Shown here: positions 1 through 9,024 of the stretch, one piece after another | Numbering within the stretch: position 1 is the first letter of the stretch | How the letters are laid out: each line of letters starts with the position of its first letter | Assembly: GCA_032249095.1 (NCBI GenBank) | Contig: JAVVGN010000012.1 | Location: 362-32,361, forward strand | Length of the DNA: 32,000 nucleotides | Source of the DNA: Candidatus Caldarchaeales archaeon | GTDB lineage: Archaea; Thermoproteota; Nitrososphaeria_A; Caldarchaeales; Calditenuaceae | Direction of reading: 5' to 3' | The notes under the pieces: generated by a model | The model's database searches: none | The model's input: only the letters and a program-made list of their open reading frames with translations | What the model was told of the DNA's origin: nothing | Program-made: the position numbers and the translations under genes

Positions 1-84
1 CCCATAGTCCCTGAAGACACCGTAATATCCCTCATACCTCCCTAGCTCCGAACCCCTAAGCCTCATCCACAGATAAGCCATCAC

Positions 85-231
85 CCTCCCCACCACCTCT
101 ATCCCCGAATCAATCACCACCAACCACATCCTCATCACCCGTTTCGGATAAGAACCCCCACCAGCCCCACATATAAGGAGTAGTGGCCCCAATAATCGCC
201 CATCCCCCAACCCTGCACCCACTAAGAGCTA
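85..231 (-). repeat. ~150-bp repeat, copy A; inverted partner of 10323..10473
   Basis: The reverse complement of 85..231 aligns by eye with 10323..10473 with few mismatches. The shared core is attggggccactact, then a TATA-like element (ccttatat / ctttatat), then gggtgatgaggatgtggttggtggtga(t/c)tgattcgggga. Confidence 0.7.
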
Positions 232-371
232 AACACACCATACGTAAGGACCTCTCCAAACCCCTTATTGAGTAGAATGATAGAGAGAGCAGAGGGAGAG
301 AACAAGAAGATAGAAGCCAAGACACTCTACAACAAGTATTACTGGCCATAAAATACGAGAAGGACCCAGAC

Positions 372-671
372 ATGGACGGAAACACACTATACCTCATAGA
401 GAGCGCCAAGGAACTACTACCAGGATATATAAAGACTTCAAGGGGGCTAATACTGCCACGAGAAATATACTATGCACTAACAAACATTAGGGGCTTAGAG
501 AAGGAAATAGAAGTAGTAAAGAAGGAGAAATCTAAACCAAGACACACTAGGCATAGAACACGGAAACATACCAATACAGTTGGACTTACTGGGAAACGAG
601 GTAATATTCAGGGGAAAAGGACAGACGACACTATACGGATTTCCAAGGCCAGAAAGGTGGTGTCCAAATAA
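372..671 (+). CDS. hypothetical protein, possibly a remnant of a degraded mobile element
   Basis: 99-aa ORF with a K/R/T-rich tail. A second frame over 540..690 reads more protein-like (IPIQLDLLGNEVIFRGKGQTTLYGFPRPERW), which suggests a frame-disrupted gene. I recognise no family. Confidence 0.2.
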   Translation: MDGNTLYLIESAKELLPGYIKTSRGLILPREIYYALTNIRGLEKEIEVVKKEKSKPRHTRHRTRKHTNTVGLTGKRGNIQGKRTDDTIRISKARKVVSK

Positions 672-751
672 CGAGTTTATATAGCTGGGGCCCTCCTGAA
701 ATAGCCTCGCGAGTAGAAATAGACGTCATAGGACAGTATTTAAAGCCTTAT

Positions 752-935
752 TTGGACACTATCGGTCCCGGGGATGAGCATGATAGCAGACGCTTCAGAG
801 AAGTAATGGATGGTATAAGGGTTAGGTGTGGCAGGGGTAGGCCTAGGACTAGACCCGGCGAGGTTTCTGGAGACTCAGCATATGATACGAGGGGTGGAAG
901 GGCGTATCTTAGGAGGAGGGGTATAAAGGCTAACA
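752..935 (+). pseudogene. internal fragment of an IS4/IS5-type DDE transposase
   Basis: The translation GDEHDSRRFREVMDG...GEVSGDSAYDTRGGRAYLRRRGIKANI matches the pattern around the second catalytic Asp of IS5-like transposases (xDxxYDs..r..L...GI...I). It has no N- or C-terminal parts and is cut off where the hypF stop lies. Confidence 0.55.
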
Positions 936-3311
936 TTAAAGGTTCATGCCCCTCCAAGCAGCTATGGCCGCCTGCCCCAAGGCTATTCCACCGTCGTTGG
1001 GAGGTATTTCTCTGGCTGTGAGTAGCCTTAACCCACTGCCGTCGAGGGCCTCCTCGACGCCCTCTAATATGTACTCGTTTACGGCTGCTCCTCCGGATAT
1101 CACTATGTATTTGCGCCCTCCTGCCGCTCGCCTCGCTATGAGTCCTAGGCCGTAGCCGATGGCCTGCTGAACCATGTAGGCTACTTCCCCACGGGGTGTC
1201 CCGGCTCTGAGGTGCTCTAAGGCCTGGAGCACTATATCCGTGGTGTCCAGAATGGCCGGGTTTTCTCCCTCGATTCTAACCCTTATTCTCTCGTTGGTGG
1301 GGGTTGAGTGCTCCTCCAGAACTATGGCCGGCTCACCCTCGTAGCTTCTAAAGAAGCACAATCCCAGCATGGCGGAGACAGCGTCCAGGACCCGTCCAGC
1401 ACTGCTCGTAAGTGGCGCGCCCTTCTCGGCCAGACTTATCAGTAACTCAACCTCCCGCAGCCCTCCCCTGAAGCCCTTCTCTACGATTCGGAGCTCCTTC
1501 AGGACCTGTATCAGCTCCTCCCTACTGAGGCCATCCGACAGTATCCCGACCAGCATTCTAGCGGGGTGGTGAGCCGCGCCATCACCACTCGGCATCCTCT
1601 GGGGCTTGAGGTGCCCAACCCTCACAAAACGGTCGAGGCTGGCGGTTAAGACTTCTCCTCCCCACACATGCCCATCGAGTCCGAGCCCCACGCCATCTAT
1701 CGCTACGCCGATGACGTCTTCTAGTACTCCGTGCTCAGCCATCACAGCCGCGACGTGGGCCCAGTGATGCTGGATCCTAAGATGTTCGGAGCCGTAGACT
1801 CGCGACCACTCATCTGCAAGGCGGGACGATGGGTAGAGGGGGTGGAGGTCAGAGGCGAGGATTGCTTCGCGAGGCGTGATCGAGTAGGTCTCCATAAGTT
1901 TCCTGATGCTGCCTTCTAGGTCCCTGAAGGTGTTGTATTCGTCGACATCGCCCACGAATGGTGTTAGGACCACTTTGTCCTCGAAGGCGACAGCCCCGGC
2001 GCTCTGAAGCATGGCTCCAAAAGCCACGACGCATCTTTGGGCCCTGAAGGGAAGAGAGACCCACATAGGTGCGAAGCCCCGCCCCCTCCTAAGCATAACA
2101 GGCGCCCCACGCGTTATCCTCAACACACTGTCATCAACCCTATTCACTATCCTCCTGTTGTGAAGGAGGAAGTAGTCAACGATGCCCCCAAGCCTCTCGA
2201 GGGCTTCTTCGTTATCGATACACATGGGCTCGCCGTGGGGGTTCCCGCTCGTCATTATCGCATACTTGTCATTGGTCTTCTCGAGGAGTAGGAAGTGGAG
2301 TGCCGTGTATGGGAGGAGAATGCCGAGCTTGCGTAGTGATGGCGCGACGAGGGGTGAGACTCTCGCCCTGCTCTTGACTTTGAGCAGCATGATCGGCCTG
2401 CTGGAGGCTTCGAGGAGCCTGACGGCCCACTCGGGGGCCTCCACTAGCTCGGACAAGACTCGCGCGTCGAGGACCATGATTGCGAAGGGCTTGGTGGGGC
2501 GCCTCTTCCTCTCCCTTAGCCTCACGATGGGCTGGTCGAGCGTGGCTGAGCAAGCTATGTGGAAACCACCAACCCCCTTGACGGCGACGATATAACCCTC
2601 ATCGATGAGCCTCGACGCTAAGGTGATTGACTCGGACCCCTCCCGGATGACCCTCCCCTCCACGTCCGCCAGCCAGACCTTCGGCCCACAGGCTGGACAA
2701 CTAATCCCCTGCGCGTGGAACCGCCTCTCTACCTGGGGATCACTATACTCTGCAAAACACTGCCCGCATAGTGGGAAATCCCTCATAGAGGTATTCTCCC
2801 TCTCGTAAGGAACCCTAATTATCATTGAGTAGCGTGGACCACAATAGACGCACGAGTTAAAGGGGTAGCCGCTCCACCTAGTCTCGCCCAGCACCTCAGC
2901 GAGGCAATCATGGCATATCCCTATATCCGGAGGGATTATCGAGTTGTATCTCAGAGAGCCCTCCCCCGGCAGGATCGAGAACTCCCCGAAGCCTTGGGGC
3001 TCGGCCTCACTCACCGTGATCTCGTCGATCCTAGCGCCGGGTGGAGGGTTCGCCTTGAGGGACTCGAGGAAGAGTCTAACCCTCTTGGGGTCTCCCTCGA
3101 CGTGTATCTCGACGCCGCTTCCCCCGAGGTTTCTAACATAGCCCGCTACTCCAGCCCTCGATGCCAGCCTGTAGGTGTGGGGCCTAAAACCAACCCCTTG
3201 AACAATACCTGAGACAAAGATCCTCAGGGCCTCGCGGTTCCGAGATTCGCTCACCAACACGCTTATCCGCGAACCCACTTTTAAACGCATATGTATGCGA
3301 CGACTCATCAA
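936..3311 (-). CDS. hypF: [NiFe]-hydrogenase maturation carbamoyltransferase HypF
   Basis: 791-aa ORF. It has an N-terminal acylphosphatase-like segment (VSGIVQGVGFRPHTYRLA), two CxxC..CxxC zinc-finger pairs, a YrdC-like block (KGVGGFHIAC) and a Kae1-like C-terminal domain. The track start at 3311 is TTG; an ATG follows at 3308. Confidence 0.95.
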   Translation of the reverse strand: MMSRRIHMRLKVGSRISVLVSESRNREALRIFVSGIVQGVGFRPHTYRLASRAGVAGYVRNLGGSGVEIHVEGDPKRVRLFLESLKANPPPGARIDEITVSEAEPQGFGEFSILPGEGSLRYNSIIPPDIGICHDCLAEVLGETRWSGYPFNSCVYCGPRYSMIIRVPYERENTSMRDFPLCGQCFAEYSDPQVERRFHAQGISCPACGPKVWLADVEGRVIREGSESITLASRLIDEGYIVAVKGVGGFHIACSATLDQPIVRLRERKRRPTKPFAIMVLDARVLSELVEAPEWAVRLLEASSRPIMLLKVKSRARVSPLVAPSLRKLGILLPYTALHFLLLEKTNDKYAIMTSGNPHGEPMCIDNEEALERLGGIVDYFLLHNRRIVNRVDDSVLRITRGAPVMLRRGRGFAPMWVSLPFRAQRCVVAFGAMLQSAGAVAFEDKVVLTPFVGDVDEYNTFRDLEGSIRKLMETYSITPREAILASDLHPLYPSSRLADEWSRVYGSEHLRIQHHWAHVAAVMAEHGVLEDVIGVAIDGVGLGLDGHVWGGEVLTASLDRFVRVGHLKPQRMPSGDGAAHHPARMLVGILSDGLSREELIQVLKELRIVEKGFRGGLREVELLISLAEKGAPLTSSAGRVLDAVSAMLGLCFFRSYEGEPAIVLEEHSTPTNERIRVRIEGENPAILDTTDIVLQALEHLRAGTPRGEVAYMVQQAIGYGLGLIARRAAGGRKYIVISGGAAVNEYILEGVEEALDGSGLRLLTAREIPPNDGGIALGQAAIAAWRGMNL

Positions 3312-3319
3312 TCAACATA

Positions 3320-3335
3320 AAAGAAATTATAGAAG
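3320..3335. promoter_or_regulatory. AT-rich TATA-like element shared by divergent hypF and hypD
   Basis: aaagaaattataga lies in the 46-bp hypF/hypD spacer, about 25 nt from each start codon. It reads as TATA-like on both strands. Confidence 0.4.
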
Positions 3336-3357
3336 AGGCAGGGCCATGTAATATGGT

Positions 3358-4521
3358 GTGAAAGGGGATCCTGACCTAAGAACGATTAGCAAGACGGTCT
3401 TTAGGGACGGCGAACTCGCTTCAGGGATCATCAAGATAATAAATGGGCTCTGGGAGGCGCTCCGAAGGCGGGGCGTGGGGGAGGTCAAGATAATGAATTT
3501 CTGCGGGACGCACGAGTATACGACGTCGCACTACGGTATCAGGAGTGTTTTGCCTCGAGGCGTTGAGTTGGTCGCTGGCCCGGGCTGCCCAGTCTGTATC
3601 ACGCCCTCCTTCTACGTCGAGGCAGCGATAAGACTCGCTTTAGACGGTGTCACCCTCTACACGTATGGCGATGCATACCGTTTGCCTGCCGTGCGTAAAA
3701 TCAACGGCTGTAGGAGTCTTTCGGAAGCCCGGATGATGGGGGCGGACGTCAGGGTAGTCTACAGCTTCTTAGACGCCATCAGAGGCGCTGCTGAGCTCGG
3801 GAGGCCCTCCGCCTTCCTCGCCGTAGGCTTCGAGACAACCTGCCCCGCATACGCCTCCCCCCTCGTCTCGGACAAAGTACCCCCAAACCTCTTCCTCATA
3901 CTCGCCGGCCGCTTAACCCCTCCCGCCGCCCGCTACGCGGTCGAGAGGGTGGGCACGGTCTCGGGAGTCATCGCTCCAGGCCATGTCTCAACAATCATAG
4001 GAGCAGGCGCGTGGTCCTTCCTGCCGCAAGATTTTGGCATCCCAACAGTGGTCGCCGGCTTCGAACCTATTGACGTGTTGATCGCTGTGGCCATGATCCT
4101 TCGGCAACTTGTCATGGGTAAGACCGAGCTCGAGGTTGAGTATTCAAGAGCGGTTAGCTGGGAGGGAAACAGGAGGGCCCTCAGCCTGCTTGACAAGGCT
4201 ATGGACATCGTCGATGCCGCTTGGCGGGGGATAGGATTCATACCGAGCAGCGGCTACAAGCTTAAGCCGGCTTTCTCGAGATACGACGCCTTCGAGGAGT
4301 TCGGCCTAAGGGAGCCCACTAGCGCCGACTGGGTCAACGACCTCCTGCCGGGGTGCATCTGTGGAAAAGTGATACTTGGCGTTTCGAAGCCTACTGAGTG
4401 TAAGCTCTTCCTCAAGCAGTGTACGCCGGGCACACCCTACGGACCTTGTATGGTCTCATATGAGGGGGCCTGCTCGATCTGGGCTAGGCTGGGTAACAGG
4501 GAGATAATTACGGAGGTGTAG
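3358..4521 (+). CDS. hypD: hydrogenase maturation protein HypD
   Basis: 387 aa with a GTG start. It has the N-terminal FRD...A motif, GPGCPVC and CxxC-type cysteine motifs (GFETT, PGCICG), and sits immediately upstream of hypC and hypE. Confidence 0.95.
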   Translation: MKGDPDLRTISKTVFRDGELASGIIKIINGLWEALRRRGVGEVKIMNFCGTHEYTTSHYGIRSVLPRGVELVAGPGCPVCITPSFYVEAAIRLALDGVTLYTYGDAYRLPAVRKINGCRSLSEARMMGADVRVVYSFLDAIRGAAELGRPSAFLAVGFETTCPAYASPLVSDKVPPNLFLILAGRLTPPAARYAVERVGTVSGVIAPGHVSTIIGAGAWSFLPQDFGIPTVVAGFEPIDVLIAVAMILRQLVMGKTELEVEYSRAVSWEGNRRALSLLDKAMDIVDAAWRGIGFIPSSGYKLKPAFSRYDAFEEFGLREPTSADWVNDLLPGCICGKVILGVSKPTECKLFLKQCTPGTPYGPCMVSYEGACSIWARLGNREIITEV

Positions 4522-4528
4522 TTCCGAG

Positions 4529-4846
4529 ATGTGTCTCGGTGTATATGGCAGGGTTCTCTCCCTGAGAGAGGATGCGGCGATGGTTGACCTAGGCGGAGGG
4601 GTGGTTAAGGAGGTGATGATTGGGGTTGAGGAACTTGAGCCCGGAGACTATGTGGTTGTCCATGCGGGAATAATAGTCTCAAAGCTGAGCCGCGGGGAGT
4701 TTCTGCACGTTCTAGCCAATATAAAGGAGTCGGCGGAGTCCCTACAGGCTTCCGGAGGCATCCCCAGGGAAAGCCTCGACGAGATCCTAAGGCGTGTTGA
4801 GTATTTGTCGAGTCTCCTAGAGACTCATCAGCCGGCCAAGACTTAG
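4529..4846 (+). CDS. hypC: hydrogenase assembly chaperone HypC/HupF, with a C-terminal extension
   Basis: It starts with the MCLGVYGRV signature (N-terminal Cys after Met). At 105 aa it is longer than typical HypC proteins. Confidence 0.9.
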   Translation: MCLGVYGRVLSLREDAAMVDLGGGVVKEVMIGVEELEPGDYVVVHAGIIVSKLSRGEFLHVLANIKESAESLQASGGIPRESLDEILRRVEYLSSLLETHQPAKT

Positions 4847-4954
4847 AAGCGTGGGTGAGAGGGGCTGGCAAAAATAACGCTCGCACATGGCTCAGGAGGT
4901 CTGGAGACAGAAAACCTTCTGAGACAGCTGATATTCAGCAAGATTCCAGAATCC

Positions 4955-5890
4955 ATGAAGAAGGTGGAGAACGGTCTCGGCATCGACTTCCCCGACGACT
5001 CCGCCGCAATACCGATACTCGACGGATACGTGGTCTTGACGATTGACTCCTATACGGTGAGCCCCATAATCTTCCCTGGGGGGGACTTAGGTAGGCTCGC
5101 AGCTGCAGGAACAATAAATGACATCCTCATGCTGGGGGGAACCCCGATAGCGGCTCTCGACGCGATAATAGTTGAGGAGGGCCTCGAGACGTCACTACTA
5201 ACGAGGGTCGTTGACTCCATGATAAGCGTCTTCATGGATGAGAATGTTAAGCTAATCGGCGGCGACCTGAAGGTGATGCCCAAGGGGCAGCTAGACAAGG
5301 CGGTCATAACCACCGCCTGCGTAGGATTCGCCAAGCGACTCATAGTAGACAACAGTCTGAGACCCGGGGACAAGATCATAATCACGGGAAACATAGGCGA
5401 GCATGGAGCCGCGATACTTGCCGCCCAACACCAGATCGAGGCGCGGGAATTCTCGAGCGATGTGGCACCACTCTCGAACCTAATGATACCTCTCATTAGA
5501 GAGATGGGTGAGGATATAGTTGCGGCACGAGACCCTACTCGGGGCGGGGTGGCTATGGTCCTCAACGACTGGGCACGCTCAACCAAGACCAACATACTTG
5601 TACATGAGTCGGAGCTGCCCATTAGAGACTCCGTGGCAAATCTCTGTGAGATGTTGGGGATCGACCCCCTAACACTTGCCTCCGAGGGAACGGCCCTACT
5701 GGGAGTTAGACCGGGATCCGCCGAGGCGGCGCTCGAATTTATTCACGAGCTCGGCTTCAAGTCTGCTAGAATCATCGGGGAGGTGCGCGAGCCTCAGACA
5801 TCCGCCAGCCTCGTTGTCATGAAGACGCTGATTGGGGGCTACAGGATCCTCGAGCCGCCAAGCGGCGAGATAGTCCCCCGGATTTGCTGA
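4955..5890 (+). CDS. hypE: hydrogenase maturation protein HypE; coordinates start at the first ATG, but conserved N-terminal sequence lies upstream
   Basis: AIR-synthase-like fold ending in the canonical PRIC C-terminus. The conserved N-terminal motif ITLAHGSGG is encoded in frame at 4874..4900, upstream of the first ATG, and 4859..4954 holds no in-frame ATG, GTG or TTG. Confidence 0.9.
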   Translation: MKKVENGLGIDFPDDSAAIPILDGYVVLTIDSYTVSPIIFPGGDLGRLAAAGTINDILMLGGTPIAALDAIIVEEGLETSLLTRVVDSMISVFMDENVKLIGGDLKVMPKGQLDKAVITTACVGFAKRLIVDNSLRPGDKIIITGNIGEHGAAILAAQHQIEAREFSSDVAPLSNLMIPLIREMGEDIVAARDPTRGGVAMVLNDWARSTKTNILVHESELPIRDSVANLCEMLGIDPLTLASEGTALLGVRPGSAEAALEFIHELGFKSARIIGEVREPQTSASLVVMKTLIGGYRILEPPSGEIVPRIC

Positions 5891-5943
5891 TGGGTAAAGT
5901 GTATCCGTGAAGGTTTAACTATAGGTAATTTGGATGACACCAT

Positions 5944-6608
5944 GTGCCAGAACCGCCCTTACCGGAGGAGGCGCTGTATACAGCTCTTCTAATGATCTGG
6001 GTCCTTTTCGTATCACTCGTTCTGACCAGATGGACTTACCGCGCAATGATTCGGCGGGGGCTGAGTGAGCACGTAGCGGTCTATTTCAACAGGAAGATAA
6101 TACACATACTAGCTGGAGGCTTAGTGGCGATGCTGTCCCGCTGCTCTACGAGTCCTATGTCCTTATACTTGTGATGGTGCTAGTCCTGGCCTTAGGTAAC
6201 TACTATCCTCACAGAACAGGGAGACTTTACTACTGGTATCAGGTTAAGGAGAACATGTTTGAAGTGCATTTTATTGTTATGTGGGGCCTGGTAATGCTTT
6301 TCGGTTTCTTGGTGGGGAACAAGTGGCTGGGAGTTGTTCCCATCATGTTCATGAGCGTGGGTGACGGAGTCACGGGTATAGAGCGAAACCTACTCTACAA
6401 GCGGAGGACTAAGGCCTTCGTGGGTAACTTAGCGATGATGGCCTTCTGTATTCCTTTCGGATACGCTATTCTGGGCCCGGTCGGAGCCATCGCGGGGTTC
6501 CTGGCATCACTTGCTGAGAAGCTAGAGGTGGGATGGCTAGACGACAACATCACCGTGCCCCTCATAAGCCTCTCAACGGTCACACTACTCCCAATTCTGC
6601 AGATCTAG
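5944..6608 (+). pseudogene. polyprenol/dolichol kinase-like (CTP-transferase family) membrane protein, split by a frameshift
   Basis: ORFs 5944..6174 and 6171..6608 join into one multi-TM protein with motifs NRKIIHILAGG and GDGVTGI...KAFVGNLAM. The reading frame changes near 6125..6135. Confidence 0.5.
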
Positions 6609-6620
6609 TGCTACACATTT

Positions 6621-7370
6621 TTACAGCCTCGTCCTCAACCTCCTCAGGAACTTTTCAGTCCTCTCATTCTTAGGCCTCTCAAGGACCTGCCTCGCGTCCC
6701 CCTCCTCCACCACAACTCCCTGATCCATGAAGACCACCCTGTCTGCAGCAGCTTCTGCAAAATCGATCTCGTGCGTGACGATGAGCATCGAGCGGCCCTC
6801 GCGGGCAATACTATAAAGGGTCTCCACGACCTCAGCCCGGAGCTCGGGGTCTAGTGCCGAGGTGGGCTCGTCTAGCAGGAGCAGATCGGGATCTATTGCT
6901 AGGGCCCTCGCTATGGCTCCACGCTGCTGTTGACCCCCCGAGAGCTCGAGCGGATAACGGGACGCGAAGGGGCGCAGGCCTAGCCTCGACAGAGCCTCCA
7001 AGGCGAGCCTCTCAGCATCGCTCCGCGGGGCACTCTTCACCAGCTCTAAGGGGAGCGCCACGTTGCGGAGCAGAGTCATGTGCGGGAAGAGCGTATACTG
7101 CTGGAAGACAAAGCCTATCTTAGATCTTATATCCCTCAGCACTGTTGGGTCGTCGTCTACGCGGATGCCCTCGAAGAATATCTCGCCCGACGTAGGTTTT
7201 ACAAGGCGCGGGATGCATTTGAGCAGTGTGCTCTTACCCGAGCCGCTCGGGCCGATGACTATTATCTTCTCGCCTTTATCAACTGAGAGGTCCACCCCCC
7301 TCAAGACCTCTACCCTCCCGTAGCCAGCCCTCAGACCCCTGACCTCGAGCAGCGGAGGACCCGGACCCAA
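6621..7370 (-). CDS. polar amino-acid ABC transporter ATP-binding protein
   Basis: Walker A GPSGSGKST, signature LSGGQQQR and Walker B LLLDEPTSALD. It is GlnQ/ArtP-like in length (249 aa) and is the last gene of a three-gene minus-strand operon. Confidence 0.9.
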   Translation of the reverse strand: MGPGPPLLEVRGLRAGYGRVEVLRGVDLSVDKGEKIIVIGPSGSGKSTLLKCIPRLVKPTSGEIFFEGIRVDDDPTVLRDIRSKIGFVFQQYTLFPHMTLLRNVALPLELVKSAPRSDAERLALEALSRLGLRPFASRYPLELSGGQQQRGAIARALAIDPDLLLLDEPTSALDPELRAEVVETLYSIAREGRSMLIVTHEIDFAEAAADRVVFMDQGVVVEEGDARQVLERPKNERTEKFLRRLRTRL

Positions 7371-7434
7371 CTGGACTACAAGGAATCACTCATTCCCCCG
7401 TCTAATTAATTTTCAAACCCCATTTCGCGCCACT

Positions 7435-8103
7435 TTACACGACCGCCCTCCGGAATCCCGGGATGGCATACTTGGTCTCGAGGACCTTAGCCATCTGAGA
7501 GGCCGGTACACAGATCGCGAGATAGATCGCCGCGGCGAGCAAATATATCTCGGGCCGGAACGTGTATGAGACCATATACTCCGTATTCCGAAAGAGCTCG
7601 GCAACGCCTATGATCGATGCTAGGGAGGTGTACTTGACCAGCGCTACAAGCTCGTTTACTAACGCTGGCGTCGCTATCCTGATAGCCTGTGGGAAGATGA
7701 CGTGTCGATAGATCTGTCCCGTCTTTAGGCCCAGCGACTCTGCCGAGAGGAACTGCTCCTCAGGTATCCCCTTCACAGCCGACCGGAGTATCTCGGCCTG
7801 ATACGCGCCACTGTTGAGCCCGATAGACAGTACAGCAGCCGTGAAGGCGTCTAGCTTTAGACCGAGCGCTGGAAGCCCGAAATATATGAAGAAGATCTGG
7901 ACGAGAAGCGGGGTCCCACGGAAGAACTCTATGTAGCTGGCGGCTATTATGGGGAGTGGCTGTGTCCCAAAGATGCGGACAGCCGCGAGTACGCTACCTA
8001 TCGAGAGGCCGATGATGAATGATAGGGCGGTGAGCTGGAGGGTTACTGGAACCCCCCTCAAGATATATGGTATAACCTCGAATAGGATTCTCTCAGCCTC
8101 CAA
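7435..8103 (-). CDS. polar amino-acid ABC transporter permease (His/Glu/Gln/Arg type)
   Basis: 222-aa multi-TM protein with an EAA-type loop (AESLGLKTGQIYRHVIFPQA). Confidence 0.9.
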   Translation of the reverse strand: MEAERILFEVIPYILRGVPVTLQLTALSFIIGLSIGSVLAAVRIFGTQPLPIIAASYIEFFRGTPLLVQIFFIYFGLPALGLKLDAFTAAVLSIGLNSGAYQAEILRSAVKGIPEEQFLSAESLGLKTGQIYRHVIFPQAIRIATPALVNELVALVKYTSLASIIGVAELFRNTEYMVSYTFRPEIYLLAAAIYLAICVPASQMAKVLETKYAIPGFRRAVV

Positions 8104-8127
8104 TATACCTCACCATTTTGCGTGTAG

Positions 8128-8958
8128 TTATGCTCCGAGCCACTTACCTATCTCTTCCTCGAAGAGCCGAGACATCTCGCCTGAATCGATCATTTCTTCT
8201 ATAAGCTTGTTTATGACATACTTAAGCTCCTCGGATCCTTGCCTTACCCCGATGGCCGCGCCGCCAAGGCTTCCAACCTTGAATACCACCTGTAATTCTG
8301 GATCTCTCTTCGCCAAGACCTCGCCGATAATATCTCCAACGATTATTGCGTCTAGGTCTCCGCGCTTGAGCGCCATCACCATTTCAGGGAAGACCCTGTC
8401 AAAGGAAACAATCTCTGAGGAGGCGCCCAACTTTTCCTTTGCCCACTCCTCCTGTATCGTGCCCAGCTGCACTCCGATCCGTTTCCCTTTGAGGGATTGC
8501 TCGTCCCTGATGTTTTGCGCTCCCTTCTTGAGAACCAGTACCGAGCCGTCATAGGCTATGTAGTAGTTCTTGGTGAAGTCTATAACTTTCTCCCTCTCAG
8601 CCGTCGGATGTATGTCGGCTAAGATGATGTCGATCTGGCCTCCCTTCAGGGCCTCGATAAGCGCCGCGAACTTCATGTCCTTAACCTCTAGCTGTACGCC
8701 GAGCTCTCTGGCTATCTTCTCGGCCAACGCCATATCTATCCCAGCGTACCTGCCTGCTGAGTCTATGTACTCGAAGGGCGGCCAATCCGCGCTCGTTCCC
8801 ACAATCAGTTTCCCCCTCGACTTTATCTCATCCAGCTGTGAGGGTGGTTGCTGCGGCGGCGTCAAGGCGTTATATACTAGGACACCGGCCGCGCCTATCA
8901 CAGCTCCGATAACAAGCATCACGACAAGCCAGGCCGCACCATAGCCTGCCCTTCTCAT
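8128..8958 (-). CDS. amino-acid ABC transporter substrate-binding protein (family 3), membrane-anchored
   Basis: N-terminal TM anchor followed by an SBP_bac_3-like core (GTSADWPPFEY..., DIILADI, GVQLGT). It is the first gene of the operon. Confidence 0.85.
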   Translation of the reverse strand: MRRAGYGAAWLVVMLVIGAVIGAAGVLVYNALTPPQQPPSQLDEIKSRGKLIVGTSADWPPFEYIDSAGRYAGIDMALAEKIARELGVQLEVKDMKFAALIEALKGGQIDIILADIHPTAEREKVIDFTKNYYIAYDGSVLVLKKGAQNIRDEQSLKGKRIGVQLGTIQEEWAKEKLGASSEIVSFDRVFPEMVMALKRGDLDAIIVGDIIGEVLAKRDPELQVVFKVGSLGGAAIGVRQGSEELKYVINKLIEEMIDSGEMSRLFEEEIGKWLGA

Positions 8959-8981
8959 CTCTCCTAAACTCCGTAGAATCG

Positions 8982-8989
8982 TATTTATT
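8982..8989 (-). promoter_or_regulatory. TATA-like box for the amino-acid ABC operon
   Basis: The minus strand reads aataaata 24-31 nt upstream of the ATG at 8958. Confidence 0.4.
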
Positions 8990-9024
8990 CTTTTTTGGCG
9001 CCGCTCCTGCCCCAGCCTCGCGGG

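Noticed and set aside
110-409. 99-aa minus-strand ORF whose C-terminus (..GFLSETGDEDVVGGD) is mirrored at 10380..10445.
   Set aside because: The composition is low complexity (S/L/C/W-rich). The shared part coincides with the TATA plus C/D-like hairpin repeat. In copy B the frame has no plausible upstream ORF body, so a non-coding explanation is preferred.
946-3212. Many 60-140-aa ORFs on the plus strand and in other minus frames inside hypF (for example 2182..2595, 2269..2553, 2910..3212).
   Set aside because: They lie wholly inside a long, motif-rich conserved gene. They have the R/P/S/A-rich low-complexity composition expected from alternative frames of GC-rich coding DNA. The same reasoning applies to nested ORFs inside hypD, hypE, hisS, atpB, the ABC genes and IDI-2.
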